A DNA stretch of 64,000 bases from an uncultured Myxococcales bacterium (lineage in GTDB: Bacteria > Myxococcota_A > SURF-8 > CAYNVS01). How positions within the stretch are numbered: position 1 is the first letter of the stretch; each line of letters starts with the position of its first letter. The translations under genes and the position numbers were made by a program. The DNA lies in the NCBI GenBank assembly GCA_964400725.1, contig CAYNVS010000002.1:7372-71371 (forward strand). The letters run 5' to 3'. Shown here piece by piece: positions 47,678 through 57,785 of the stretch. Under the pieces are notes generated by a model, which saw only the letters and a list, made by a program, of their open reading frames with translations, had not been told where the DNA came from and made no database searches.

Positions 47678-48946
47678 CTATTTTCCGTTTTTGCCGAAAC
47701 GCTCCTTCAACACTTTCAAGCTCTTATCCATGTCGGCGCTCTTCACGTAAACGACGATGTCGGTATGAGCCGTAACCATTTCGATAATGTTTACGCCCGC
47801 TTTAGTCAGCGCGTCGCTTATCGCGGAAATCACCCCCGGCGATTGAAGAAAGATATGGTTTGACAAGGTAATTTCGCCTATGTTTTTAACGGTTGAAAGC
47901 GACTCGAACAGCCCGCGTCCTTCCACGAATTCCTCGTGAAGCTCGTTTAAAAGCGAGGATTGAAGCTCGCCGTTCATATAAAGAGACAAAAAATTGTCGG
48001 AGGCGCTAAGCGCGTGAATGGTTTTTCCTTTATTTTCCATCCACGCGAAAACCGGAGCCGCAACGCCGCTTTTTTCCGCGAGCTTTTTTCCCATAAAGGT
48101 CAGCAGCGACAGCGGGCGCGGATGCGCGGATACCTTCGAGCCGACGGCGCCGGTAACTCTGGTTCCGGTTTCGGCAAGTTTGTGCAAATCTTTGTAATGC
48201 GCTATTTTCGCTTTGCAGTTTTCCGTTTTGAAACGCAGCGCGTTGGGATGTATCACCTGCGCCCCGGCGCGGGACAGCAGCGCAAGATCGGCGGCGGTTA
48301 CCTCTTGGAGCAGGCGCGCCTTTTCCACAACCCGCGGGTCGCTCGACAGCACTCCGTTTACGTCCGTTACGATGACGACCTCGTCGCAGTTTAAATACTT
48401 GCCGCATAAAAAAGCGGTTATATCGCTTCCGCCGCGCCCCAGCGAAACCAGTCCGCCTTCCGCGTCCGAAATGAAAAATCCGGCGACGACCGGTATGACT
48501 CCTTTGGATAAAAGCGGCTCGACGAATTTCTTAGCCCTCGCCCGCGTCGCTTTCTCGTCGATGCTTATATCTACGAGTTCGTTGGTTTTTTCCTTGCTCG
48601 TTCTGCCCCCGCGCCCCGCTTCGATTCGCGAAATCAGAAAAAATTTTTTGCAGTCCTGCGTAATCGCTTCGGCCTCGGCGCCTTTTTCGCGCAGCGCCAT
48701 CGTTAAAAGGTGCGCGCTCATTTTTTCGCCGCTGGCTAGAAATTCGGCGTAGGAACGGGTCTCAAACTGCCTGCCGCCGACTCTGCTCGCCTTCTGAACC
48801 AGTTTGCTCGTAGTGGCGCCCTGCGCCGAAACCACCGCAATCACCTCGTTTCCGGCCGACTGCAGCTTGATTAAATTCTTCGCCGCGAGGTTTATGCGTT
48901 CTTCGTTCTTTACGCTTGTTCCGCCGAATTTTACGACTATTCTCAT
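47678..48946 (-). CDS. lysC: Aspartate kinase
   Basis: MRIVVKFGGTSV N-terminus and aspartokinase catalytic core with C-terminal ACT domains. The ATG at 48946 is preferred over the ORF-track start at 49021. 15 nt upstream of lysA, so likely a lysC-lysA operon. Confidence 0.9.
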   Translation of the reverse strand: MRIVVKFGGTSVKNEERINLAAKNLIKLQSAGNEVIAVVSAQGATTSKLVQKASRVGGRQFETRSYAEFLASGEKMSAHLLTMALREKGAEAEAITQDCKKFFLISRIEAGRGGRTSKEKTNELVDISIDEKATRARAKKFVEPLLSKGVIPVVAGFFISDAEGGLVSLGRGGSDITAFLCGKYLNCDEVVIVTDVNGVLSSDPRVVEKARLLQEVTAADLALLSRAGAQVIHPNALRFKTENCKAKIAHYKDLHKLAETGTRVTGAVGSKVSAHPRPLSLLTFMGKKLAEKSGVAAPVFAWMENKGKTIHALSASDNFLSLYMNGELQSSLLNELHEEFVEGRGLFESLSTVKNIGEITLSNHIFLQSPGVISAISDALTKAGVNIIEMVTAHTDIVVYVKSADMDKSLKVLKERFGKNGK

Positions 48947-49018
48947 CTTTTTTTCCTTTCGCAAAATATTTTGAAAAGAAAAATTTATTTTTGAGCTAAT
49001 GTCAAGAAAATATTGCGT

Positions 49019-49045
49019 CAAAAAAAGCGCCCGTCGGCGCCTAAA
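49019..49045 (-). promoter_or_regulatory. Orphan intrinsic-terminator-like hairpin in the lysC 5' leader (candidate attenuator or riboswitch expression platform)
   Basis: On the minus strand: AGGCGCC-GACG-GGCGCUU stem-loop followed by U8, about 70 nt upstream of the lysC ATG. There is no upstream minus-strand gene to terminate. Confidence 0.45.
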
Positions 49046-49214
49046 AAATCGAAGGACGGCAAAGCGGGAGTCGTTCGATTTAGCTTAAACAGGGAGTTTT
49101 ATTGAAGCGTCTTTTGCGGCGACAAGGTTTTAAGCCGCCGCGCCGAGTCCGCGGCTGTGAATGAGAATTCATTCATAGCAAGCAAATCTAATAAACATCA
49201 CGTTTAAATTTAAT

Positions 49215-49243
49215 TTGACTGTTTTATTTAAAACGTGTTAAAT
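49215..49243 (+). promoter_or_regulatory. Sigma-70-like promoter for the atp module
   Basis: TTGACT - 17 nt - TTAAAT, about 20 nt upstream of the atpZ-like start. Confidence 0.35.
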
Positions 49244-49263
49244 CAAAATTCGCCAGTCGGAGA

Positions 49264-49485
49264 TTATAATAAATGGCGAGGAACATATACCGTAAGCTGG
49301 GTTATACGCTCGCCATGGGAGCCGAAATAGGAGGCTTGGTCGGAGGATGCGCTTGGTTGGGCGCATACCTTGACGCCAGGTACGGGTCGAGCCCGGCGCT
49401 TACGCTTTGCGGCCTGTTTTTCGGAATAATCGCCGCGGGCTTCCGCATCTGGTTTTACATCAAGCTGCTTACAAAAGACGATTAG
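49264..49485 (+). CDS. AtpZ/AtpR-like small membrane protein (ATP synthase operon gene 1)
   Basis: 70 aa with two TM helices. Located immediately upstream of the atpI-like, atpB and atpE genes. GGAG RBS. Confidence 0.5.
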
Positions 49486-49539
49486 CGTCGCATCTTTTAA
49501 GTTTAACGATTTCAATCGGTTGCAAGTTGGCGCAAGGCG

Positions 49540-49932
49540 ATGAAGGCTATTAAAACGCAGACCGACAGACTTCTTCTCATCTCGATTATATTCATTCCTA
49601 TAATGGTCTGCGCGGCGCTCGTTTTGGCTAAGCCTTCTTTTGCGGCGGGCGTGCTGGCCGGCGGAATAGTCGCAAGCGCCAATCTTTACGCGCTGATACG
49701 CCTTGGCAAAGGGCTTGTAAGGCTCGCAAAAGGCGAAGAAGGAAACAAACTGTTTTTCGCGCTTAAATTCGCCGGCAAATACGGCCTCGTTTTTGCGATA
49801 ATAAGCGCTTTGATTTTCGCGGCTCGTCTTTCGCCTGTTGCGATCGCAATCGGCATAAGCAACGTTCCGCTGGCTGTGGCCCTCGAAATAACGCTTCCTC
49901 CGATAGTAGAAAAATCGGAGCAAAAGGAGTGA
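49540..49932 (+). CDS. atpI: ATP synthase protein I-like membrane protein
   Basis: 130 aa with four hydrophobic segments. Assigned by position directly upstream of atpB and by size and topology typical of AtpI. Confidence 0.5.
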   Translation: MKAIKTQTDRLLLISIIFIPIMVCAALVLAKPSFAAGVLAGGIVASANLYALIRLGKGLVRLAKGEEGNKLFFALKFAGKYGLVFAIISALIFAARLSPVAIAIGISNVPLAVALEITLPPIVEKSEQKE

Positions 49933-49934
49933 CC

Positions 49935-50672
49935 ATGCACCATGTAAACCTTATTGAATATCTGCTCGGCTTCGTCGTAAGCGATCCGCATACGTTCATG
50001 TTCGACTCTTACGCGTCGATGTCGCAGTTTATCGGCGCAATATTAGTTACGCTTCTCTTTGTCGTCATCGCGCTGGCCGTGCGGTCGCACTATAAAAAAA
50101 TCGGAATCGACAAAGCCGTCGTCCCCTCCGGTAAAATCGGGCTTGTAAACCTTATGGAGTTCGCCATCGGCTCGCTGGAAGATTTCGCCGTCGGCATCAT
50201 CGGTCCGCATCACGGCCCCAAGTTCGCTCCTCTTATTATTACAATTTTCATGTTCATTCTGTTTATGAACCTTCTAGGCAACATTCCCGGCATGCCCGCG
50301 GCCAGCGCCAACATCAGCCTTAACGCCGGTATGGCCGTTTTCGTCTTCCTCACCTACAATTTTTACGGCTTTAAAGAGCACGGCTTCGGGTATATCAAAC
50401 ATTTTATGGGGCCGGTTATCTGGCTTGCGCCGCTTATGTTCGCCATCGAAATCGTCAGCCATTTCGTCCGTCCGGCTTCGCTCTCCATCCGTCTTTTCGG
50501 AAACATCAACGGCGACCATATCGCCGTCGGCATCTTCAGCGGAATGGTGCCGGTTTTAATTCCGGCGATATTCATGGCTTTGGGTTTGTTCGTCGCGTTC
50601 ATTCAGGCGCTTGTTTTCAGCATGCTGAGCGCCGTTTACATACAACTTGCGACTTCACACGAAGAACACTGA
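49935..50672 (+). CDS. atpB: F0F1 ATP synthase subunit a
   Basis: Conserved LSIRLFGNINGDH (essential Arg) and the C-terminal helix pair. AAGGAG RBS lies 5 nt upstream of the ATG at 49935; the GTG at 49929 abuts the RBS. Confidence 0.85.
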   Translation: MHHVNLIEYLLGFVVSDPHTFMFDSYASMSQFIGAILVTLLFVVIALAVRSHYKKIGIDKAVVPSGKIGLVNLMEFAIGSLEDFAVGIIGPHHGPKFAPLIITIFMFILFMNLLGNIPGMPAASANISLNAGMAVFVFLTYNFYGFKEHGFGYIKHFMGPVIWLAPLMFAIEIVSHFVRPASLSIRLFGNINGDHIAVGIFSGMVPVLIPAIFMALGLFVAFIQALVFSMLSAVYIQLATSHEEH

Positions 50673-50734
50673 TATAAAGCGATATTTAACTGTAAACTGG
50701 AACTGAAATTAACGAGCACGAAAGGAGAACGGTA

Positions 50735-51058
50735 ATGAAAAAAGGGTTGATCATCGCACTGTCCTTGATACTGGCGCAGGTTCTGTTCATCGCGACCGCC
50801 ATGGCGGGCGAAGGCGGCAACGCCAAGGATTATCTTGGTCTGGTCGGCCTCGGCGCGGGCGTAGCCATCGGCTTTGCGGCGATGGGCGGCGGCATCGGAC
50901 AGGGCCGCGCGGTAGCCAGCGCGCTTGACGGCATCGCGCGCAATCCCAGCGCGTCGGGCAAAATTATGACCCCGATGATCATCGGCTTGGCTCTTATCGA
51001 GTCCTTGGTCATTTACGCTCTGGTCGTCGCGATTATGCTCATCGGCAAAATCGTCTAA
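50735..51058 (+). CDS. atpE: F0F1 ATP synthase subunit c
   Basis: 107-aa hairpin proteolipid with the GxGxGxG helix (GLGAGVAIGFAAMGGGIGQG) and the conserved carboxylate in LALIESLVIYALVVA. Strong RBS. Confidence 0.9.
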   Translation: MKKGLIIALSLILAQVLFIATAMAGEGGNAKDYLGLVGLGAGVAIGFAAMGGGIGQGRAVASALDGIARNPSASGKIMTPMIIGLALIESLVIYALVVAIMLIGKIV

Positions 51059-51075
51059 TATCGGCTTTATCGGCG

Positions 51076-51111
51076 AAAAAAGCGCTTTCGCAAGAAGGCG
51101 CTTTTTTTTTT
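51076..51111 (+). terminator. Strong rho-independent terminator after atpE
   Basis: aaaagcgcttt-cgcaag-aaggcgctttt 11-bp stem (one G-U pair) followed by T10. Confidence 0.75.
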
Positions 51112-51336
51112 GCGCCATGAATGAAGATTGCGGCGGTTCTAAATATGTTTCGCCGCAGGCTAAATCTATCGAGGGATAAGAAAAATGAAATCGCAGTCGA
51201 ACAAACTTCTAAGAATCTCTAAAAATCTCCGCGGCGCGCCGTTTTTTCAAGCGCTTTACTTCTTCCGCGGCATTGTTTATAATTAAATCTTAAATTGAAC
51301 ATGAGATTCGCTAATTTTACGCGGTAAAATATTGCC

Positions 51337-53214
51337 ATGAACATATTTTCGCCGGCAAAATCGAGCCGATTCGACTCGAACCACCCGATTAAAGAGCAAG
51401 TTCTGCAAAGCGCAAATTGGTTTATCAAGCTGCGCTGGGCCGCCGCCGCGGGAATGGCCGCGGGCGGAGGGGCCGCTTATCTGCTCAGCTACGACATCTC
51501 TATCCCGTGGATAGCCGGTTTGACCGTTTATCTTCTTGCGGCAAACGCGGCGCTATTGTCGGCGTCCCGCTTTTTTATCGGCAAAGAAGCGCAGGGCTTC
51601 TCCATCCGCGTCTTTACCAACTTCCAAATATTCATAGATTGGCTCGCCGTGCTGGGGCTGATTCACATCACCGGCGGCGTTGACAGCCCGTTCGTCTTCT
51701 TCTTTTTCTTTCACATCGTAATGGCGTCGATACTCCTGCCGGCGCAAAATATGTACGTAAACGCGACGATCGCCGTTTTCTTCATTTCGGCGGTTTTCTT
51801 CCTCGAATTCGCCGGAGCCATAAGCCATTATTCAATTTCGGGCGGCGCGGGCGACGCCTACTCTTCGGCGAAGTACGTCTTCGCCTACATTGCGTCCTTC
51901 GCCATCGCGGTTTACTTCACCGTTTTCCTTTCAAGCTTCGTCAGCGAGCTATTGCGGCGCAGACTGCGCGAGCTGTTCGAAGCGACCCGCAGTTTGGAAT
52001 ACGCGGGCGCGAGGCTTGAGGCCATATATAAGGTTATGGGGCTGGTCGGCGCGTCGCTGGACTTCAACCGGCTGACTAAAGAAATGGCGGTTCAGGCGGC
52101 GAAACTGATGGGCATAAAGGGCGCGTTCATAGCGCTTTCCGATAAAAACGAAAAAAAATGCGCGGCCGCATCGCAGCACGGCTTGTCCGAGGAAGGGATG
52201 CCGAAAAGAATGCTTTTCATGGAGCGCGGGGAAATCGCCGCGAGGCTTGCGGCCAACGAAACTGTTTTTATCGACGACGTATCGCGCTATCCGCAGACCG
52301 GCGACTTCGAGGCGTTCGCATGGCTTTCTTCGCAGGGAATAAAATCGCTTTTAATCGCGCCTCTTTCCGCCGACGGAACCGGAATAGGCGGCTTCTGCCT
52401 GTGCTCCAACTTTGAGAAGCGTTTCGAGGAAGAGGACGGCGATTATTTCAGGCTCTTCTGCGACATAGCCGCGGTGCAAATAGAGCTTGCGCGTATGAAC
52501 GAGCTTTTAAAGCTGCACAACGAGACGCGCGCATGGTTTTACCGCAAGGCCGCGCACGACTTGCGCTCGCCGCTCGCCGCGGCCAAAAGCATGCTCGATC
52601 TCGTTACCGGCGGGTTCGTTGACGACTGCGGAAAGATGAGGGAGCTTAACGAAAGAATTTCGGGCAGGATAAAGGGACTTTCGGAGATGGTGGACGACCT
52701 GCTGCTTTTAGCGCAGGACAGGCTCGACTCGGCGCTCGACGCCAAAGAGAACGTTGACGCGGCGGCGGCGGCCAAGAACGCCTACGAAATGTTTTTGCCT
52801 CTTGCGGAAAAGAAAAAAATCGCCTTCTCTTTCGAGTCGTCCGAAGACGCCCCTAAAGCGTACGCGTCCCGCGACGCGATCGCGCGGATAATTAACAACC
52901 TCGTTTCAAACGCTATAAAATACACCCCGGAAGGAGGCTCAGCCTCAATCGCAATCGCCGAAGCGGGCGGACGGCTCGAAATTAAAATCTCCGATACCGG
53001 AATCGGCGTGCCCGAAGAGTCGCGAAAATATTTGTTTCATGAATTCTTCAGGGCTCCCAACGCTAAAAAATCATCCGAACCGGGCACCGGTTTAGGGCTG
53101 ACAATCGTTAAAAAGCTCGCCGAAGAAAACGGCGGAACTGTTGAATACGCGCCGAACGAGCCAAAGGGCTCGGTCTTTACCGTTTCGTTTCCCGCGGTAA
53201 GAAAGCAGGATTAA
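51337..53214 (+). CDS. Sensor histidine kinase (multi-TM sensor + GAF + HisKA + HATPase_c)
   Basis: N-terminal ~200-aa polytopic region, GAF-like middle, the H-box AHDLRSPL, then the N/G-boxes ending GTGLGLTIVKKLAEENGG. Confidence 0.8.
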   Translation: MNIFSPAKSSRFDSNHPIKEQVLQSANWFIKLRWAAAAGMAAGGGAAYLLSYDISIPWIAGLTVYLLAANAALLSASRFFIGKEAQGFSIRVFTNFQIFIDWLAVLGLIHITGGVDSPFVFFFFFHIVMASILLPAQNMYVNATIAVFFISAVFFLEFAGAISHYSISGGAGDAYSSAKYVFAYIASFAIAVYFTVFLSSFVSELLRRRLRELFEATRSLEYAGARLEAIYKVMGLVGASLDFNRLTKEMAVQAAKLMGIKGAFIALSDKNEKKCAAASQHGLSEEGMPKRMLFMERGEIAARLAANETVFIDDVSRYPQTGDFEAFAWLSSQGIKSLLIAPLSADGTGIGGFCLCSNFEKRFEEEDGDYFRLFCDIAAVQIELARMNELLKLHNETRAWFYRKAAHDLRSPLAAAKSMLDLVTGGFVDDCGKMRELNERISGRIKGLSEMVDDLLLLAQDRLDSALDAKENVDAAAAAKNAYEMFLPLAEKKKIAFSFESSEDAPKAYASRDAIARIINNLVSNAIKYTPEGGSASIAIAEAGGRLEIKISDTGIGVPEESRKYLFHEFFRAPNAKKSSEPGTGLGLTIVKKLAEENGGTVEYAPNEPKGSVFTVSFPAVRKQD

Positions 53215-53397
53215 GGCCGCGAGCGCCGGATCCCGCCAAGGGACGGGGCGGCTTCTAAAAGATGGATTAAAAAAATTTTTATTGCGGGCGGGCAAAGCGC
53301 GTGTTAAAAATTTTCAACGACCGGCGCGGACCGGCCTCAAAAGCGTTAAAATTTGCGCGGCGCGAAAACCGATCGCAGCCGCGGACGGGAGCGAACG

Positions 53398-54789
53398 ATG
53401 AAAAAACTCGCAATCTGCGTTTTAGCGCAGGCTTTGGCTTTCTCTTTTGCCGCGGCCTCCCAGCAAACCGACGCGAAGCCCGAAACAAAACCGGACGAAT
53501 ATATCGAAGGGGACGTTAAGCCCAAGCTTTCCGCCTCAAAATATTTCGACCTAAATTTGGAGCTCGTAAACGTTTTCGTTCTGCGCAACGACGCGGACTT
53601 CGACAGGAGCGAACCGTCGTACAACGGCTACGGCCAAATGGTCGGCTTTTTCGGAACCTTCCTCAAGCCGATGTTCGCGCTCAAGCTGGGCGATAAAATA
53701 AAATTTTATTACGAGGCAGAAATAGGCCTCGACTTGTGGGGACGCAACACTCCCGAAAAAGGGCTCGGCAGCAAAGAGGGGACGGAGCTTTCGTTCAAGC
53801 AGCGAGAAATATGGGGAGAAGTCTTTCTCGGCGCGTTCTTTTTCAAGGCAGGGTTCATGCGCGTAAGCGACGTATCGGGTCTTTTTCTAAACCATTGGAT
53901 AGGCGCCGCTCGCGCGGGCGTAGGAAGCGAAACTTCCTCGCGCCTCGTTTTGTCGGCCGGGCAGCTGCCCGACCAGACGTATAAAGGGTTCGCGCTCGAC
54001 GGCCAGTCGTTTAAAACCGACAAGCTCTTCTTCGCGCTCGACGGCGCTTATTACTTTGATAAAGAGTTTCATTTCGACGCCGGCGTTTATTACCTGCTCG
54101 ACTCCTCGACCGTTAATCGGCGCAGGCATACCGCCAGCGCTCAGGCGGGGCTCGCCTACGACGACGAAACGATTTACGGCTCGATTTTCTTCGCCGCGCA
54201 GTTCGGGCGCGCCGAAAACTGGGGCGCCGATAATACCGACAACCAGCTGCTGGCCTTCGGCGGAGCGGCAAAAGCGGGAATTCGGCTCGGGCCTATAGGG
54301 CTTGAGTTTGCGGCGGCGGTTTTGAGCGCCGACGACGAATTCAGCGGCAACGACGAGTTCGGCTTCAAGTGGTCGGGGAAGCGGCCGGGATTCGCTTCGC
54401 TTGTAAACGAGAACCGCCTGCGCGCCATGGGAGACAATATTGATTTGCGGATGGGGAGCTTCGACGGCTCGCTTTACGATATGACGGCCGGATTGTGGGG
54501 AGCGGACTTTCAGCTTTATTACAAGCCCGCGGGATGGCTCAAGGCGGGCGCGGTCGAGGGGCTGCTCGGCGTTTTAAACCCGGACAACGCCTACGGAAGC
54601 TCTTTCGCGGCGAGCGAAACGGCGCTCTTCGCCGAAGCGAAATTCCTTGAAGACATGTGCCGCTTTCATTTAACGGTAGGAATTCTAGTCCCCGGAATCG
54701 CGGGCTCGTCAAAGGTAAACGCGCTTTCAAATCTGGAGGCGACCGATAAAATTTATTTCATGCAGGCGGCTTTTACGCTTAACATTTAA
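53398..54789 (+). CDS. Secreted hypothetical protein, possibly an outer-membrane beta-barrel
   Basis: GGAG RBS. Signal peptide MKKLAICVLAQALAFSFAAAS. Alternating aromatic/Gly-rich strands throughout. No terminal Phe. Confidence 0.5.
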   Translation: MKKLAICVLAQALAFSFAAASQQTDAKPETKPDEYIEGDVKPKLSASKYFDLNLELVNVFVLRNDADFDRSEPSYNGYGQMVGFFGTFLKPMFALKLGDKIKFYYEAEIGLDLWGRNTPEKGLGSKEGTELSFKQREIWGEVFLGAFFFKAGFMRVSDVSGLFLNHWIGAARAGVGSETSSRLVLSAGQLPDQTYKGFALDGQSFKTDKLFFALDGAYYFDKEFHFDAGVYYLLDSSTVNRRRHTASAQAGLAYDDETIYGSIFFAAQFGRAENWGADNTDNQLLAFGGAAKAGIRLGPIGLEFAAAVLSADDEFSGNDEFGFKWSGKRPGFASLVNENRLRAMGDNIDLRMGSFDGSLYDMTAGLWGADFQLYYKPAGWLKAGAVEGLLGVLNPDNAYGSSFAASETALFAEAKFLEDMCRFHLTVGILVPGIAGSSKVNALSNLEATDKIYFMQAAFTLNI

Positions 54790-54951
54790 ACCTTTCAGCC
54801 GCTTTTGCCCGCAAGCCGGCGCCGCGCGGTCGAGGGTCTTCTTTTGGACGCGATTAATTTTTTGAATTTGACTAAACGCCGCTTTTCCGCGAGCATTACG
54901 CTTCAACAACGCGCGCCGGAACCTTATAAGCCGGATTGAAAGCGAGCCGTA

Positions 54952-55737
54952 TTGAAACCTAACAGGCTTACAAAATCGTTCAAAGGAATCCCGTACGGGA
55001 AAAATCGTCTTTACGAGCTTTTCGGCGCGGGCGGCGACTCGCCGGATTGGAGCGCCGCGCGAAGCATGCTTTACGCGATATTGATTCCCGCGCTTTTATC
55101 ATTCTGGCTCAACAAGGTTTACGGAAACCTTCTGCTCGGCGCTTCGACCAAAGCGTGGTTCAACGTCTGGCTGTTCCTTTACGGAATGAAAAAAGATTTA
55201 TATCACTTAAATCAGTTGAACGACATCGCCGGAGCCTTTTTGAAAGGCGTCTTCGCGTGGGGAATGTACCTGGTCGTTTTTACCAAAATGAAACGACGCG
55301 GCTTTTTCGCGCAGTTCGCCGTAATGGCGGCGGCGGCGGCGCTTTACGTTTTTATGTGGTTTATAATATCCGGCTTCCGCTGGACGCTTCTTATAAGGTT
55401 TATTAGTCATAATTACGCGTTCGTTATATTAGACGCTTTCACAACCGCAATATTTCCGGCGTTCGTCGTTATTTCATTCGGAGAGATTAAAAGATCGGGC
55501 AGGGCGGTATTGACGGCTTTCCTCGGCTACTACGTATTCGTCGCCTGCGTTTACACCGTTTATAAAATCGTTCATCTTTACTACGCGTATAAAATCATCG
55601 ACGCCGTCGATTTGCACTCCGTGGCCTTTTCGATCTTTTTCGCCGTATTTAAGGGACTGACGGCATACTTTATAATCCGCTTTTTGCGCCCCGATTACAT
55701 GAGCCGCGTAAATCCGGAGCCGGTTTCTTTAAAATAA
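54952..55737 (+). CDS. Polytopic membrane protein, hypothetical
   Basis: 261 aa with 6-7 hydrophobic helices and no recognisable motif. Start uncertain. Confidence 0.4.
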   Translation: MKPNRLTKSFKGIPYGKNRLYELFGAGGDSPDWSAARSMLYAILIPALLSFWLNKVYGNLLLGASTKAWFNVWLFLYGMKKDLYHLNQLNDIAGAFLKGVFAWGMYLVVFTKMKRRGFFAQFAVMAAAAALYVFMWFIISGFRWTLLIRFISHNYAFVILDAFTTAIFPAFVVISFGEIKRSGRAVLTAFLGYYVFVACVYTVYKIVHLYYAYKIIDAVDLHSVAFSIFFAVFKGLTAYFIIRFLRPDYMSRVNPEPVSLK

Positions 55738-55793
55738 TAAAAAAGAGGCCTGCGGCTCCTTTTATTAGGTCAAACTCCGATAAAATACCGCTC

Positions 55794-57680
55794 TTAAAAT
55801 CTTCTTCTGGCCGCCGCTAATCCCGCAATCGCCGCCGCCGCAAGCCATTCGACGCATCCCGCCGCGCATCCGCCGGAGCTTTTCTTTCCCGCGATTTCGC
55901 TCTGAGTCTCCATGTCGGCGTCCCCGCCTTCGTTCTCTTCTTCCGGCTCAACGTTTCCGCCGACGGGTATGTGCGCGCGCGCAAACGGCGACACGTTTAC
56001 TTCTCCCGGCGCGGTCGCCTTCATGTAGCGGGCAATCCAATAGCTCGCGAGCAAATCTCCTCCGGGGTTAAGCGTAAGCCCGCCGCCGCCGTTCACGTCG
56101 AAGGGATTGGAGCGCGCGTTGAAATTGGACGTCGGCCTTATAGAAGGGTGCAAAGCCTCCTTAGATTGGTATTTCTTGTCGCTGCGCGGTCCTTCGAGGT
56201 ATATTACCGTTTTGCCGTCAATCGCAAGACACCGCTTCGCGGCTATTTCCGCCTCGTCGCAGTTGATTCTTTCCTCTTCCCAGTAGGGGCCGAGCTTAAA
56301 ACCCTTCAACAAATCGACGAACTCGGCGACCAGAGCGCCGCTTACTCCGCGGTCGGTCAACGTCATGTAAACGGCGTGCCACAGCGGCTGTTTGCAATTC
56401 TTCGCCGAATGCGGTTCGTTCGGTCTGTCCCACCAGAATTCTTCGAGAAACCGGCGCATGACGTCCGCGACGGCCTTGTCTTTCTCAAGGTAAATGTTGA
56501 GCCACAGCGCGACGCTAATCAGGTCGGGGTCGTCGTAGTTGGTGTTTACCCCCATGTAAATGTAGTCGGTCGCGCCCGCCGTGCGCAGAACCATATCTAA
56601 GTAACCCCGCGCGCTTAAAAGCTCGTTGTAATAATACCGCTCTATTTCCGCGTCGCCCGCCATGTGGTAAAGCCCTTTCATAATGCCCATGGCCATTATG
56701 AGGTTGAACTTATTGAACGTCTTTCCTTCTTGGTTGAGATAGAACGACTCGATGGAGTAAGGATTTAGGTCGCTGTATTTCGTCGCTCTGCCGTCGGCGT
56801 CCATTATTATGAGATCGTATTCGCCTTCGCCCGCAAGCCCAGGCAGCTGGGAGACTTCGCGCTTTTTCATCAACATTCCGGCTATAAGGCGCGCGTCCGC
56901 CGAGAGCTGTTCGACGAGGCTCTGGTCGATGTCCGGATCGCCTTTCATCGCGTCGTAAAGCGAGACCATCGCGAATATCTGCCCAACGAGCTGATCCTTG
57001 CTGGCCGAATCAATCCAGCTCCATACGCCCGCCGGCAGTTCGCCGTTTGAGTTGTCGGCGCGCTCCGTGCCGTTGCTTTTCGGCTGAGGCAGCGGAACGC
57101 CGTCTTTGTCGAACAGCGGCATGGTCTCTGTCGGCTCGCCGGGGACGGGCGGATCGTTGGGGTTTTCGGGAACCAGCCTGCGCACGCCGCGCGCAACAAG
57201 CCCGTTTCCGCCTGTAACTACTTTAAAAACGTGCCACGATTTGGCGGCGCGGACGACCCGGTCGCGCGCCGTTTTAAGCTCGTCCGCCGGCGCTCCTTCG
57301 CGCTTCAGCGTCAAGTATTCGTAAGCCGTTCCGACAAGCGCGACGCCGCCGAAGAAGCCGAGGTCTCCGTGCTCCCCAAAATATGAAATCAGCTCGTAAG
57401 GATGTTTGCCGGTTACGGCCTTTACGTCTTCGCTTTCCGTCTGCGCGAGGAACTGCGTAATAAGATCGGCGCTCTCTTTATCCTTGGGGATTACGTCCAG
57501 CGACAGGCCGAACGGATAGGCGTTGAAAGAGTAAAATTGGCGGCCGTGATTTTTCATCATCGCGTCGAGGGCTGAGTCGGCGCCTTTGGAAATTATCGGC
57601 GAATCGGACTGCGCGAAAGCGGCGAAGGCGGCCAGCGCCGCGGCGCAAACGCCCAAGATTAAAGACTTTTTCAAGTTCAT
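55794..57680 (-). CDS. Secreted hypothetical protein with MYXO-CTERM-like C-terminal sorting tail
   Basis: Signal peptide MNLKKSLILGVCAAALAAFAAFA. Ends KKSSGGCAAGCVEWLAAAAIAGLAAARRRF (GC motif, hydrophobic helix, RRR, then stop). Confidence 0.65.
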   Translation of the reverse strand: MNLKKSLILGVCAAALAAFAAFAQSDSPIISKGADSALDAMMKNHGRQFYSFNAYPFGLSLDVIPKDKESADLITQFLAQTESEDVKAVTGKHPYELISYFGEHGDLGFFGGVALVGTAYEYLTLKREGAPADELKTARDRVVRAAKSWHVFKVVTGGNGLVARGVRRLVPENPNDPPVPGEPTETMPLFDKDGVPLPQPKSNGTERADNSNGELPAGVWSWIDSASKDQLVGQIFAMVSLYDAMKGDPDIDQSLVEQLSADARLIAGMLMKKREVSQLPGLAGEGEYDLIIMDADGRATKYSDLNPYSIESFYLNQEGKTFNKFNLIMAMGIMKGLYHMAGDAEIERYYYNELLSARGYLDMVLRTAGATDYIYMGVNTNYDDPDLISVALWLNIYLEKDKAVADVMRRFLEEFWWDRPNEPHSAKNCKQPLWHAVYMTLTDRGVSGALVAEFVDLLKGFKLGPYWEEERINCDEAEIAAKRCLAIDGKTVIYLEGPRSDKKYQSKEALHPSIRPTSNFNARSNPFDVNGGGGLTLNPGGDLLASYWIARYMKATAPGEVNVSPFARAHIPVGGNVEPEEENEGGDADMETQSEIAGKKSSGGCAAGCVEWLAAAAIAGLAAARRRF

Positions 57681-57785
57681 GCAAAAGCTCCTGAGTTTGA
57701 TTTAACGGGCAAAAAATAGATTTTGCATCGGGCGCGGACGGCGTCAAATAAGATTTGAAAATCGCTTTATCGCGGCAATGCGGAA

